Shown here: in pieces, positions 19,653 to 29,983 of the stretch | Numbering within the stretch: position 1 is the first letter of the stretch | Layout of the letters: the number at the start of each line of letters is the position of its first letter | Source of the DNA: an uncultured Gammaproteobacteria bacterium | Lineage (GTDB): Bacteria; Pseudomonadota; Gammaproteobacteria; UBA6002 | Direction of reading: 5' to 3' | DNA: 64,000 nucleotides | NCBI GenBank assembly: GCA_963705725.1 | Contig: CAVPKM010000013.1 | Coordinates: 160,001 to 224,000, forward strand | The notes under the pieces: model-generated | What the model was told of the DNA's origin: nothing | Databases searched by the model: none | The model's input: the letters and a program-made list of their open reading frames with translations, nothing else | Position numbers and translations under genes: made by a program

Positions 19653-21335
19653 CTAAGTTCCCGTCGACTGTTTAATGCTCGATGAAAATTCTGTGTCTAG
19701 AGAAACAAAATTTTTATTGCATACATTATGGTAATCATTGGAGATAACCGTATACAAATCAATCGGAATGTTATGCAATGATGAATTTTCTTCAAAAAAT
19801 CCTTGCTTGAATAAGGCGAGCTTCGGAGCATACTCTGTACTTATAAATCGCCTCTTCCAAATCTGAATATATCCTTCTAAAAGAGCGGGATCTGTTCTTG
19901 TTCCGTCACACCAATCTGTTAACGGTCTGATTTTTTTCATCATGGTATTTATTGCATCATTAACACCTACTCCATCGGCAACGGCTTTCACTCCCCTAGG
20001 ATCTGTTGACAATATTTCTACCATCTCTAAACTCTTACTCGCGCATGCTCTTGAAAATAATCTGTCATGTTCTAAAGGGGGTATACAAACTTCAGAACTT
20101 TCTAGCAATCTTTTAAGAATATTGCATCCAGAAGAGAATAGAGAGTATATTACGTTTGAAACTTGCGCAGGCATTGATAAAAACTTATAGAAAGTCTCGC
20201 ATTGAAATAATAGCTCAAATGCATCCTTGTAGTAGATGCAGAGCTCAGTAATTGTACGGGAATTAGTTGAAAGGTTTGTAAAGTCATTTTCGGTAAGAAG
20301 AGGAAGAGGAAGAAGGACGCCTGTACATCCCGCCACACTAACAAAAGAACTAATTTTTTCACAGTCAGGCAATGCCTCGAATAAGATTTCAACACACTCA
20401 GCATGCCCATTCTGAACAGCATTCCATAAAGCCGCTTCTTTTCGAGATCCTTCATCCGACCAATGATTTAGTGGCATATAGACATAATAATCTATAACCT
20501 CCTCGCATAAAGGCGTTTCTTTGCAATTATCTAACAATAAAGAGAGGATTTCAGCATGCCCATTGCCAGCTGCCGCCTCCAATCCTCCAGGAAACATAAA
20601 TAAGTTAGCAAGAAGAAGTTTTAGCATCTCAAGATTTCCATTTTGACATGCATGAAGAAAGAGAGATTCGTAGTTTTTGTCTTGCAAAGAAAGAGGTCTA
20701 TCTTTATCTTTCGCAAAATTTATTAGCCACTCTGCCACGGCCAATTGGTTATTTTTGAGCGCCTCTACTAAGGCAGATTGATAATCAGTAAAACCCATAT
20801 GATAATCACAAATTAATTCCCTCACGATTTCTAGATGTCCGTTTTTACAGGCCAAGAGAATATACTCATTACCAAAAATACGGGCGTCTTGCTTGAGGTA
20901 CTTTACGAAGTGAATATCGCCTCCACCCATACAAGCCTCTTCAAGCATGGTGTTAACAGATTCTTCAGTCAATTCAGGAATAATATAAGTCGTTGGATAG
21001 CTTGCAATGAGTTCACATAAGAGATTTTCAGCAGAGTCACCCTCTAAATTAGCGAGGGAATATTTGCTCAAAAGATTATAAAAATCGATAGCTCTTCTAT
21101 CATATGCCAGCCTCACTCCCTTTCCCTTGTCCACGATCGCTTGAATTTTTTCCCATAAATAGGGATCATTAGAATCCTTTTTAATGTGGTTACCAATAAG
21201 CGGGATTCCTTCTGATCGACTGCCTTCCCAGAACACTCTATTTGTACATAAGCCATAAATAAAGGCAATAAGGGATGCTTTGGTATAGAATTCTTTCAGC
21301 ATAGCCTCTGGATTTTTTTCATTTTCATTTATCAT
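19653..21335 (-). CDS. Ankyrin-repeat effector-like protein, copy A (intact)
   Basis: Repeats ACKNGHLEIVRELI, ACQNGNLEMLKLLL, AAGNGHAEILSLLL, AVQNGHAECVEILF. Confidence 0.88.
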   Translation of the reverse strand: MINENEKNPEAMLKEFYTKASLIAFIYGLCTNRVFWEGSRSEGIPLIGNHIKKDSNDPYLWEKIQAIVDKGKGVRLAYDRRAIDFYNLLSKYSLANLEGDSAENLLCELIASYPTTYIIPELTEESVNTMLEEACMGGGDIHFVKYLKQDARIFGNEYILLACKNGHLEIVRELICDYHMGFTDYQSALVEALKNNQLAVAEWLINFAKDKDRPLSLQDKNYESLFLHACQNGNLEMLKLLLANLFMFPGGLEAAAGNGHAEILSLLLDNCKETPLCEEVIDYYVYMPLNHWSDEGSRKEAALWNAVQNGHAECVEILFEALPDCEKISSFVSVAGCTGVLLPLPLLTENDFTNLSTNSRTITELCIYYKDAFELLFQCETFYKFLSMPAQVSNVIYSLFSSGCNILKRLLESSEVCIPPLEHDRLFSRACASKSLEMVEILSTDPRGVKAVADGVGVNDAINTMMKKIRPLTDWCDGTRTDPALLEGYIQIWKRRFISTEYAPKLALFKQGFFEENSSLHNIPIDLYTVISNDYHNVCNKNFVSLDTEFSSSIKQSTGT

Positions 21336-21374
21336 TTCATGCCTCGTGTTTAGAATTGAACTGTATTGATGAAT

Positions 21375-21407
21375 AGTTTAATGATAAAAAATGAAGAGAA
21401 TATTAAA
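21375..21407 (-). promoter_or_regulatory. PmrA-like box plus -10 for ankyrin copy A
   Basis: tTTAAtaTTctcTTcAttTT-N7-TAAACT. Confidence 0.55.
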
Positions 21408-21464
21408 TTAATTAAAATATGTTAGTAACGAACGGCGATTGTATCAAAAAGCCCAGTACGCATT

Positions 21465-21513
21465 GCCTCATTCAGGCAAGGATTTTTTGAAGAATTTTTG
21501 TCATTGCACAACA
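21465..21513 (+). repeat. Inverted copy (42/49 identical) of the ankyrin gene 3' segment 19769-19817
   Basis: gcctcattcaggcaaggattttttgaagaatttttgtcattgcacaaca versus the coding strand gccttattcaagcaaggattttttgaagaaaattcatcattgcataaca. Confidence 0.75.
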
Positions 21514-21592
21514 GGATATTTCTAAAAAAATAACTGACGCGTGATTAATTTATCAATTGATATTGGCATTGTCGCTAATCCACTTAAACATC

Positions 21593-21641
21593 CGGTCGCA
21601 GTAGAGACATCAGTTGCCTGATGCCCCTACTGCGACCGCAC
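21593..21641 (-). other. GC-rich hairpin resembling a group II intron 3' end (domain VI)
   Basis: Minus strand GTGCG-gtcgcagta-ggggcatcag-GCAA-ctgatgtctc-tActgcgAC. Confidence 0.45.
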
Positions 21642-21826
21642 ATCCCATCTCTATCTATAAATAAATGATTGTTAAAATGGGATCCCCCAACACGATAGAT
21701 AATTGCTTAAATTTAGAAGATAGACCAAATTGACAGAGTGGAATTTTTTTCTCTAACATAAAATAACTCTGTTTATTAAAACGAAACTGACAAGAAATAA
21801 ATGCCATTGATTAAGTAAACAGGATA

Positions 21827-22753
21827 TTAGCATAACCTAGCAGCTGCGATTTGAGCTGGATCATCCCCATCATAGCAAGCACCTCTATAAAGCAGAGTAA
21901 AGTGGGTTTGTCCCGGGATTACAATCTTATTAACATGAACACCATGGGCAATTAATTTTTTAGCATAACCTTCACTCTGGCTTCGTCCACCATCAAATTC
22001 GCCGCATTGAATCGTGGTTGGGCATAATGCTGAAAAGTCATTTTGCCAATAAGGCGAACATAAAGGATCTTTTCGGTTTGCTTTTTGACAATACAAGTCA
22101 AAGCTAAGCTTAGCACTTGCTTTATCTAGCATTTTATCTTCATCTGCAAATGAATCATATTCATGGAGGGAATCAGTATAATCAAACCCTCCGCTAAACA
22201 AATATTGATGCAATATATTGATATCCTTATTGCCCTGCAAAGTATTACTTAACACCGCAGCTAAATTGGCACCGGAACTATAACCACTTAAGATTATTTT
22301 TGCTGAATTAATTTTTAATGTTTTGGCTTGCTCAAAAAGAGCAGTTAATACAGTCAGCGCATCATGATAAGGGCTAGGGTAGGGATGTTCTGGGCTTAGT
22401 CTATACTCAACCATCATGGCTTTATACCCAGTATAATTCGCAATGCGGCTCAAGATGGTATAATTTTCGTCAAAAAGGGGATAAATGAAGGCGGTACCAG
22501 GGAAAAACAAGATAAAAGGCGTAGTGTTATCACCTTGATCAATCAATCTAACCTTTATTTTATGGCCTTCAGGTGAAGGGATAAAAATATTTTTGTAAGG
22601 CAATAATGGTTGAGAGGGAAGGAAGGGTTGAAATTCTTTTGTTATTGCACGCATCTCAGCAATAGATGGTGTGCCATTTGTTCTGAGAATGGCCCTTTTC
22701 ATAATTTGCTGCGCTTTTTTAAAAAACAATAAATCGGATTGATTGACAGGCAT
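21827..22753 (-). CDS. Alpha/beta hydrolase, HSL-family esterase-like
   Basis: VEYRLSPEHPYP, GYSSG nucleophile, CSP, GEFD, GQTH; the usual HGGG is replaced by FPGTAF. Confidence 0.85.
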   Translation of the reverse strand: MPVNQSDLLFFKKAQQIMKRAILRTNGTPSIAEMRAITKEFQPFLPSQPLLPYKNIFIPSPEGHKIKVRLIDQGDNTTPFILFFPGTAFIYPLFDENYTILSRIANYTGYKAMMVEYRLSPEHPYPSPYHDALTVLTALFEQAKTLKINSAKIILSGYSSGANLAAVLSNTLQGNKDINILHQYLFSGGFDYTDSLHEYDSFADEDKMLDKASAKLSFDLYCQKANRKDPLCSPYWQNDFSALCPTTIQCGEFDGGRSQSEGYAKKLIAHGVHVNKIVIPGQTHFTLLYRGACYDGDDPAQIAAARLC

Positions 22754-24148
22754 AGTTATTTCTAAAAGTGGTTAAATTATGTTTATTCAACTTATCTATA
22801 TTTAGAATATTTCAGAATATCCAGATTTACAAAGGTTGGGAAAGAAAAGTATATTCTTGAAACAATTTTGCCGCATGATTATGAAAGAGATTCTTTTTCC
22901 TTATCCAGGTCAAGCAAAGACAAGCCTAATTGTACGACTGATAATCAGGAATAAATGAATAAGAAATACTATGGGATTTTACCCAATATCATCGTCCCTT
23001 TGGGAGGATTCGGAACAGATATTTATCTGCCCTCCTTACCAACTATGGTGGGAGTTTGGTGCTACTCGTTCAGATGTACAAATTAACAATGACAGCTTAT
23101 GTTGCCGCTATGGGACTTGCTCAACTTACTAGTCGGCCCCATATCAGATGCCCTAGGTCGTAAAAAATTAATTCTAGCCTCCTTGATTATCCAAATTCTT
23201 GCTATTGTGGGTATTTTGCTGAGCCCTAATATTTATTGGATCATTATCATCGGTTTTTTCAAGGTATGGGAGCCGCTTTTTATGATTGCACCGGCCCGAG
23301 CAATCTTAAATGATTGCTTCAGTGGCGACGAACTTAAAAAGAAATTTAATTATCTGACCATTAGCTTTGCTTTGGCACCCATAATTGCACCATTTATAGG
23401 GGGTATCTGTCAGGAATATTTTGGCTGGCAGGCTTCATTTTATGTTATTTTAGTTTATGCAGTTTCTTTACTGATTTTAATACACCTAACCTATGAAGAA
23501 ACGATTCCAGCTAAAAAACGTTTCAACTTCTGGATATGTTTCATAATTACCCTCATATATTGAGCCATCGAAACCTTGTTTTGATGACATCGTTTACTAG
23601 TATACTATTCGGCTTTAATGCATTAACTAGCGTTTTAGGACCCTTCATATTCATTGAGCATTTTTTTGATGTGGCGCCTATTTATTATGGTTATATGGCC
23701 TTATTACTTGGTCTTGGCTGGTTTTTTGGCAATATCAGTAATCGAATTTTATTTCATGTCCCGCCTATTAATAAATTGCGGTTTAGCCTAAGTTGCCATC
23801 TTCTAACTACCTTGGTGCTGTTAGGGAGTTCTCTAGCAGGAACGTATCATCTTATGCTTACAATGATTGCTTTCATTATGTATATCTATGCTGCAGGCTT
23901 AATATTTCCATTGATGGTCGGTGAGGTATTGTCTTTATTTCCAAAATTAGCCGCTTCAAGCAATGCTTGTTTATTTGCTTCTATTTGGATGGCCTACGCC
24001 CTTTATACAGGGATTGCTACATTCATACCCGTAAATAATAGCTTGATTATCTTGTCTTTAGTGTTTCTAGGGTATCCGCTAATTTAACCACCCACTTATG
24101 CTATAACGTAAGTTCTTGCATACTCCTGTTTTTTTAAAGGAGTAGCGC

Positions 24149-24502
24149 ATGACAGCAACCCATAATTCGCCTTCTCAAAAAACTCTGGCATTAAATATGG
24201 AAAAATGGCGATCAATAATTACAGATTGGGAATTAAGCAAAGAAAGTCAAAAAAAATATTGTGAGCGGTTAGGGATAAGTTTAAATACTTTTACGCATGC
24301 CCGTAGCAAGTTAATTCGAGATAAAAAAATAAAACCCGCGTTTATTCCTCTCTCTTTGAATCCAATCGAGATTCAAAATTCTTCGAGCATTAATACCGTG
24401 ATTATTGAAAACCCGAAGGGATTTAAACTCCATGTTTCATCAGAATTATCGTTAGATCGTTTAGTGAAAATTTTTAAATTATGTGGGTGGTTAAATGCTT
24501 AA
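24149..24502 (+). CDS. tnpA: IS66 accessory protein TnpA
   Basis: WRSIITDWELSKESQKKYC HTH-type N-terminus; FIPL motif. Confidence 0.9.
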   Translation: MTATHNSPSQKTLALNMEKWRSIITDWELSKESQKKYCERLGISLNTFTHARSKLIRDKKIKPAFIPLSLNPIEIQNSSSINTVIIENPKGFKLHVSSELSLDRLVKIFKLCGWLNA

Positions 24503-24851
24503 GTTACGAGACGAAGTAAAAATTTATGTGAGCATGGAGCCTATAGATGCGAGAAAAAGCATTGATAGTTTATGTATCCTTATTGTCGAAAATTTTAAGG
24601 ATAATCCACAATGTGGGAGCCTCTTTATTTTTTTTAATAAATCACGAGATAAAGTAAAAATTATTTGGTGGGATGCAAATGGTTTTATTCTACATTACAA
24701 GCGCCTTGAAAAAGGACGCTTTGTTCTGCCAAAATTAAGTGGAATTGATAAACTAGAAATTTCACAAACTCAGCTTCACGGTTTATTGGCAGGTTTAGAT
24801 TTCTCACTCATGCGCCATTTTCCTGAAATAAATTATTATCAATATGCATAA
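24495..24851 (+). CDS. tnpB: IS66 accessory protein TnpB
   Basis: DARKSIDSL, FIFFNKSRDKVKIIWWD, KRLEKGRF. Confidence 0.95.
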   Translation: MLKLRDEVKIYVSMEPIDARKSIDSLCILIVENFKDNPQCGSLFIFFNKSRDKVKIIWWDANGFILHYKRLEKGRFVLPKLSGIDKLEISQTQLHGLLAGLDFSLMRHFPEINYYQYA

Positions 24852-24891
24852 AACAGTGAGGCATAGTGGAAAATTATAGTATCATGTCTCC

Positions 24892-26439
24892 ATGGATAGA
24901 TCTCATGAATTACAAGCGATATCAAAAGAAGAATTAATTAAAATAATTCAACAAAAAAACACCCTCCTTTTTGAACAAGCAAAACAAATTCAATTTTTAG
25001 AAGAGCAAATTCTTGCCTATCGACTTCGCCAATTTGCCAATAAATCCGAGAAAATTAATCCTAATCAAATTTCTCTTTTTGATGAGGCGGTATTGCCTAA
25101 ATCAGAAGAGAAAATCTTATCACAAGAAGAAGTCATCACGGTTGCTTCTTATACTAAAAGTAAGCAGGTAGGGAGAAGAGCACTACCTGCAGAATTACTT
25201 CGTATACCTCGAATCTATGATTTATCTGAAGATGAAAAAATTTGTCAATGCGGTTGTGCATTAACTCACATTAAAGATGAAAAAAGCGAGCAACTCGAAA
25301 TTATTCCAGCAAAAATTTATGTCATCGAGCATATCAGAAAAAAATATGTCTGCAAAAAATGTCAAGAAACCATTAAGCTAGCAAAACAACCTGCTGCACC
25401 TATTCCAAGGAGTATTGCAGCAAGTGGATTATTAAGTCACGTATTGGTTTCAAAATTTCAAGACCACTTGCCGCTATTTCGCCAAGAAAAAATATTAAAA
25501 CGCATTGGTGTGGATATTCCTCGAGCCACATTATGTTTATGGGTGATCAAGTGTGCTGAACTTTTGCTGCCGATTTTAAAACTAATGCATGATCGAATAT
25601 TAACTTATGATATTGCTTATGTTGATGAAACCACATTGCAAGTTATTAAAGAACAGAATAAAAGTATAAAAAGTAAAAAATACATGTGGCTTTATTCAGG
25701 CGGACCCAAAGCACAATTTGTTTATTACTACCAATATCATCCTTCACGCTCACACGAAGTCGCCGATGCTTTTTTTGCGGATTTTTCAGGCTACTTACAC
25801 TGTGATGGCTTCATTGGGTATGACACATTAGCGGGAAAAAGAAAAACGATAAAACTGGTTGGCTGTTGGTATCACGCGAGACGAAAATTTATTGAAGTTA
25901 CAAAGCTCATGCCAAATAAAGAAGGGGTGGCTTGGCATATTGTTAAACTCATTGCAAAACTCAGCGTGATTGAAGAAGAAATAAAAATCTTATCTGCTGC
26001 AGAAAAACAGGCTATTCGACAAGCGAAATCGAAAGTGATTATCAATGAAATACAGGATTATCTCATCAAACATCAATCTATTATTCCACCAAAAAGTTTA
26101 TTAGGAGAAGCGGTAGGTTATACACTCAATCAATGGCCAAAATTATTAAGATTTCTTGATGATGGACGTCTCGATATTAGTAATAATCTTTCTGAGCGAG
26201 GCATTAAACCTTTTGTAATCGGCAGAAAAGGTTGGCTCTTTGCTGATAGTGTGGCTGGCGCTCATGCAGCAGCAACAATTTTTAGCATCATTGAAACTTG
26301 CAAGTATCATCAGGTTGAGCCTTATGATTATTTGCGATATGTGCTTGATGTCATACCTCGATGCAACACGATTGAAGATTACGAAAAACTCCTTCCTTAT
26401 AATATTGATCGAGCACTGCTGGTTAGCCAAGTGCGCTGA
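24892..26439 (+). CDS. tnpC: IS66 DDE transposase TnpC
   Basis: KFQDHLPLFRQ, DETT, CWYHARRKF, DISNNLSER. Confidence 0.96.
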   Translation: MDRSHELQAISKEELIKIIQQKNTLLFEQAKQIQFLEEQILAYRLRQFANKSEKINPNQISLFDEAVLPKSEEKILSQEEVITVASYTKSKQVGRRALPAELLRIPRIYDLSEDEKICQCGCALTHIKDEKSEQLEIIPAKIYVIEHIRKKYVCKKCQETIKLAKQPAAPIPRSIAASGLLSHVLVSKFQDHLPLFRQEKILKRIGVDIPRATLCLWVIKCAELLLPILKLMHDRILTYDIAYVDETTLQVIKEQNKSIKSKKYMWLYSGGPKAQFVYYYQYHPSRSHEVADAFFADFSGYLHCDGFIGYDTLAGKRKTIKLVGCWYHARRKFIEVTKLMPNKEGVAWHIVKLIAKLSVIEEEIKILSAAEKQAIRQAKSKVIINEIQDYLIKHQSIIPPKSLLGEAVGYTLNQWPKLLRFLDDGRLDISNNLSERGIKPFVIGRKGWLFADSVAGAHAAATIFSIIETCKYHQVEPYDYLRYVLDVIPRCNTIEDYEKLLPYNIDRALLVSQVR

Positions 26440-26561
26440 GGGGCTGATTAATTAGCGGATACTTTCTAGGAAGGAATTTAGCAAGTATCCAGATTTATCA
26501 ACGTATTAAACTGCATTAACATGCTTCAAAGCTAGATTGGAATGGGAATCATGAGAGTGAT

Positions 26562-26588
26562 AAAGTTGGGTTGATACAACCCAACTTT
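26562..26588. terminator. Bidirectional hairpin terminator
   Basis: aaagttgggttg-ata-caacccaacttt between convergent genes. Confidence 0.7.
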
Positions 26589-26637
26589 GCTTTAGCAAAC
26601 ATGCAGCCCATGCTTGGGACAACGAGCCTAATGGTCA

Positions 26638-26973
26638 TTAAACAAAAAGTTCAAGCAATTGCGTTGCAGCAGCGTCAACAGGGCCAGTATCATACACTGT
26701 CATAATTTGTTGATTAAACCACTGATCGAAGGGATGCTGGGAATTATTCCAGCCTTTGATTTTTTCAGAAAAATTAGGACCTAATTCGTGATATACAAAA
26801 ACATAATCACGATGCTCTAAATTTTTTATCCATATTTTGAGGCAAGACATATCATAGCGTGCAAGCATCTCCTTCCATTCTTCGGATTTTTGTTCCGTTG
26901 TTTGTTTAACAAAATCCTGGAATTGCTTTACACATCCTGTTTTTAATGGGATGCAAAATAATACGGTTTTCAT
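26638..26973 (-). CDS. Hypothetical protein, possibly a dimeric alpha-beta barrel
   Basis: AGGAG RBS; 111 aa; NSQHPFDQWF motif. Confidence 0.7.
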   Translation of the reverse strand: MKTVLFCIPLKTGCVKQFQDFVKQTTEQKSEEWKEMLARYDMSCLKIWIKNLEHRDYVFVYHELGPNFSEKIKGWNNSQHPFDQWFNQQIMTVYDTGPVDAAATQLLELFV

Positions 26974-27040
26974 ATCATTTCTCCTGCTTTTGAATTTAAA
27001 TAATTGGTAAATCCATATTAATCTATATGTTATGCCGCTT

Positions 27041-27484
27041 CTATTTTGAGGGTAATTTACGAAAACTTACGGCCAACCGATTCCAAGCATTGATGGTGAT
27101 AATTGCCATGGTCAGATCAACGGCTTCTTTATCACTGAAATATTTAAGTACGTCTTGGTAAAGGTCTTCAGGTGCGTGAGTTTCTGATAATAAAGTTACA
27201 GCTTCTGCCCAAGCCAAAGCTGCTCGTTCGGGATCAGTAAAAAAAGGGGCTTCATGCCAAACAGCAACGGCATTTAGCCGTCTTTGTGACTCACCTGCTT
27301 TTAGTGCATCCTTACAATGTGTATCTACACAAAATACACAGCCATTTATTTGAGAAACACGAAGCTTTATCAGTTCAAGCAGTAATTTATCTAAGCCACA
27401 ACTGTTAACAAATTCTTCAAGTCCCATCATAGCTTTAACTGCTTCTGGTGAAACTTTGTAATAGTCTATTCTTAAATTGGTCAT
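27041..27484 (-). CDS. Carboxymuconolactone decarboxylase / AhpD-family protein
   Basis: ELIKLRVSQINGCVFCVDTH, ERAALAWAEAVT, INAWNRL. Confidence 0.92.
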   Translation of the reverse strand: MTNLRIDYYKVSPEAVKAMMGLEEFVNSCGLDKLLLELIKLRVSQINGCVFCVDTHCKDALKAGESQRRLNAVAVWHEAPFFTDPERAALAWAEAVTLLSETHAPEDLYQDVLKYFSDKEAVDLTMAIITINAWNRLAVSFRKLPSK

Positions 27485-28038
27485 CCTAACCTCTACTTGT
27501 ATTTTAATTGTTGTAAATCAGTCATAAAAATCCCATCTCTGATCGACTGTTTAATGCTCGACGAAAATTCTGTGTCTAGAGAAACAAAATTTTTATTGCA
27601 TACATTATGGTAATCATTGGAGATAACCGTATACAAATCAATCGGAATGTTACGCAATGATGAATTTTCTTCAAAAAATCCTTGCTTGAATAAGGCGAGC
27701 TTCGGAGCATACTCTGTACTTATAGATCGACTTATAAATCGCCTCTTCCAAATCTGAATATATCCTTTTAAAAGAGCCTGATCTGTTCTTGTTGTGAAAC
27801 ACCAACGGCTATACGGTTTGATTTCTTTCATCATGGTATTTATTGCATCATTAACACCTGCTCCATTGGCAACGGCTTTCACTCCCCTAGGATCTGTTGA
27901 CAATATTTCTACCATCTCTAAACTCTTACTCGCGCATGCTTCTAAAAATAATCTGCCATGTTCTAAATGGGGTATACAAACTTCAGAACTTTCTAGCAAT
28001 CTTTTAAGAATATTGGTATCCGCTAATTAATCAGCCCC

Positions 28039-29586
28039 TCAGCGCACTTGGCTAACCAGCAGTGCTCGATCAATATTATAAGGAAGGAGTTTTTCGTAAT
28101 CTTCAATCGTGTTGCATCGAGGTATGACATCAAGCACATATCGCAAATAATCATAAGGCTCAACCTGATGATACTTGCAAGTTTCAATGATGCTAAAAAT
28201 TGTTGCTGCTGCATGAGCGCCAGCCACACTATCAGCAAAGAGCCAACCTTTTCTGCCGATTACAAAAGGTTTAATGCCTCGCTCAGAAAGATTATTACTA
28301 ATATCGAGACGTCCATCATCAAGAAATCTTAATAATTTTGGCCATTGATTGAGTGTATAACCTACCGCTTCTCCTAATAAACTTTTTGGTGGAATAATAG
28401 ATTGATGTTTGATGAGATAATCCTGTATTTCATTGATAATCACTTTCGATTTCGCTTGTCGAATAGCCTGTTTTTCTGCAGCAGATAAGATTTTTATTTC
28501 TTCTTCAATCACGCTGAGTTTTGCAATGAGTTTAACAATATGCCAAGCCACCCCTTCTTTATTTGGCATGAGCTTTGTAACTTCAATAAATTTTCGTCTC
28601 GCGTGATACCAACAGCCAACCAGTTTTATCGTTTTTCTTTTTCCCGCTAATGTGTCATACCCAATGAAGCCATCACAGTGTAAGTAGCCTGAAAAATCCG
28701 CAAAAAAAGCATCGGCGACTTCGTGTGAGCGTGAAGGATGATATTGGTAGTAATAAACAAATTGTGCTTTGGGTCCGCCTGAATAAAGCCACATGTATTT
28801 TTTACTTTTTATACTTTTATTCTGTTCTTTAATAACTTGCAATGTGGTTTCATCAACATAAGCAATATCATAAGTTAATATTCGATCATGCATTAGTTTT
28901 AAAATCGGCAGCAAAAGTTCAGCACACTTGATCACCCATAAACATAATGTGGCTCGAGGAATATCCACACCAATGCGTTTTAATATTTTTTCTTGGCGAA
29001 ATAGCGGCAAGTGATCTTGAAATTTTGAAACCAATACGTGACTTAATAATCCACTTGCTGCAATACTCCTTGGAATAGGTGCAGCAGGTTGTTTTGCTAG
29101 CTTAATGGTTTCTTGACATTTTTTGCAGGCATATTTTTTTCTGATATGCTCGATGACATAAATTTTTGCTGGAATAATTTCGAGTTGCTCGCTTTTTTCA
29201 TCTTTAATGTGAGTTAATGCACAACCGCATTGACAAATTTTTTCATCTTCAGATAAATCATAGATTCGAGGTATACGAAATAATTCTGCAGGTAGTGCTC
29301 TTCTCCCTACCTGCTTACTTTTAGTATAAGAAGCAACCGTGATGACTTCTTCTTGTGATAAGATTTTCTCTTCTGATTTAGGCAATACCGCCTCATCAAA
29401 AAGAGAAATTTGATTAGGATTAATTTTCTCGGATTTATTGGCAAATTGGCGAAGTCGATAGGCAAGAATTTGCTCTTCTAAAAATTGAATTTGTTTTGCT
29501 TGTTCAAAAAGGAGGGTGTTTTTTTGTTGAATTATTTTAATTAATTCTTCTTTTGATATCGCTTGTAATTCATGAGATCTATCCAT
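28039..29586 (-). CDS. tnpC: IS66 transposase TnpC
   Basis: Differs from copy 1 at 2 aa (L/F, V/A). Confidence 0.96.
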   Translation of the reverse strand: MDRSHELQAISKEELIKIIQQKNTLLFEQAKQIQFLEEQILAYRLRQFANKSEKINPNQISLFDEAVLPKSEEKILSQEEVITVASYTKSKQVGRRALPAELFRIPRIYDLSEDEKICQCGCALTHIKDEKSEQLEIIPAKIYVIEHIRKKYACKKCQETIKLAKQPAAPIPRSIAASGLLSHVLVSKFQDHLPLFRQEKILKRIGVDIPRATLCLWVIKCAELLLPILKLMHDRILTYDIAYVDETTLQVIKEQNKSIKSKKYMWLYSGGPKAQFVYYYQYHPSRSHEVADAFFADFSGYLHCDGFIGYDTLAGKRKTIKLVGCWYHARRKFIEVTKLMPNKEGVAWHIVKLIAKLSVIEEEIKILSAAEKQAIRQAKSKVIINEIQDYLIKHQSIIPPKSLLGEAVGYTLNQWPKLLRFLDDGRLDISNNLSERGIKPFVIGRKGWLFADSVAGAHAAATIFSIIETCKYHQVEPYDYLRYVLDVIPRCNTIEDYEKLLPYNIDRALLVSQVR

Positions 29587-29626
29587 GGAGACATGATACT
29601 ATAATTTTCCACTATGCCTCACTGTT

Positions 29627-29983
29627 TTATGCATATTGATAATAATTTATTTCAGGAAAATGGCGCATGAGTGAGAAATCTAAACCTGCCAATAAACCGT
29701 GAAGCTGAGTTTGTGAAATTTCTAGTTTATCAATTCCACTTAATTTTGGCAGAACAAAGCGTCCTTTTTCAAGGCGCTTGTAATGTAGAATAAAACCATT
29801 TGCATCCCACCAAATAATTTTTACTTTATCTCGTGATTTATTAAAAAAAATAAAGAGGCTCCCACATTGTGGATTATCCTTAAAATTTTCGACAATAAGG
29901 ATACATAAACTATCAATGCTTTTTCTCGCATCTATAGGCTCCATGCTCACATAAATTTTTACTTCGTCTCGTAACTTAAGCAT
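29627..29983 (-). CDS. tnpB: IS66 TnpB
   Basis: Protein identical to 24495-24851. Confidence 0.95.
   Translation of the reverse strand: MLKLRDEVKIYVSMEPIDARKSIDSLCILIVENFKDNPQCGSLFIFFNKSRDKVKIIWWDANGFILHYKRLEKGRFVLPKLSGIDKLEISQTQLHGLLAGLDFSLMRHFPEINYYQYA

Larger units (their letters stand above)
24072..26462 (+). mobile_element. IS66-family element, copy 1 (2391 bp)
   Basis: TIR gtatccgctaatt; 8-bp TSD tttctagg at 24064-24071 and 26463-26470; tnpA-tnpB-tnpC. Confidence 0.97.
22955..26519 (+). pseudogene. Bcr/CflA-family MFS drug efflux transporter with several frameshifts and an IS66 insertion
   Basis: TDIYLPSLP from ATG 22955, GPISDALGRK, APIIAPFIGG. The last TM is split by IS66 and the tail FLGRNLASIQIYQRIKLH* resumes at 26463. 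Confidence 0.85.

Noticed and set aside
21593-21641. Integron attC site
   Set aside because: No RYYYAAC/GTTRRRY core sites, no integron integrase and only one copy in the window.
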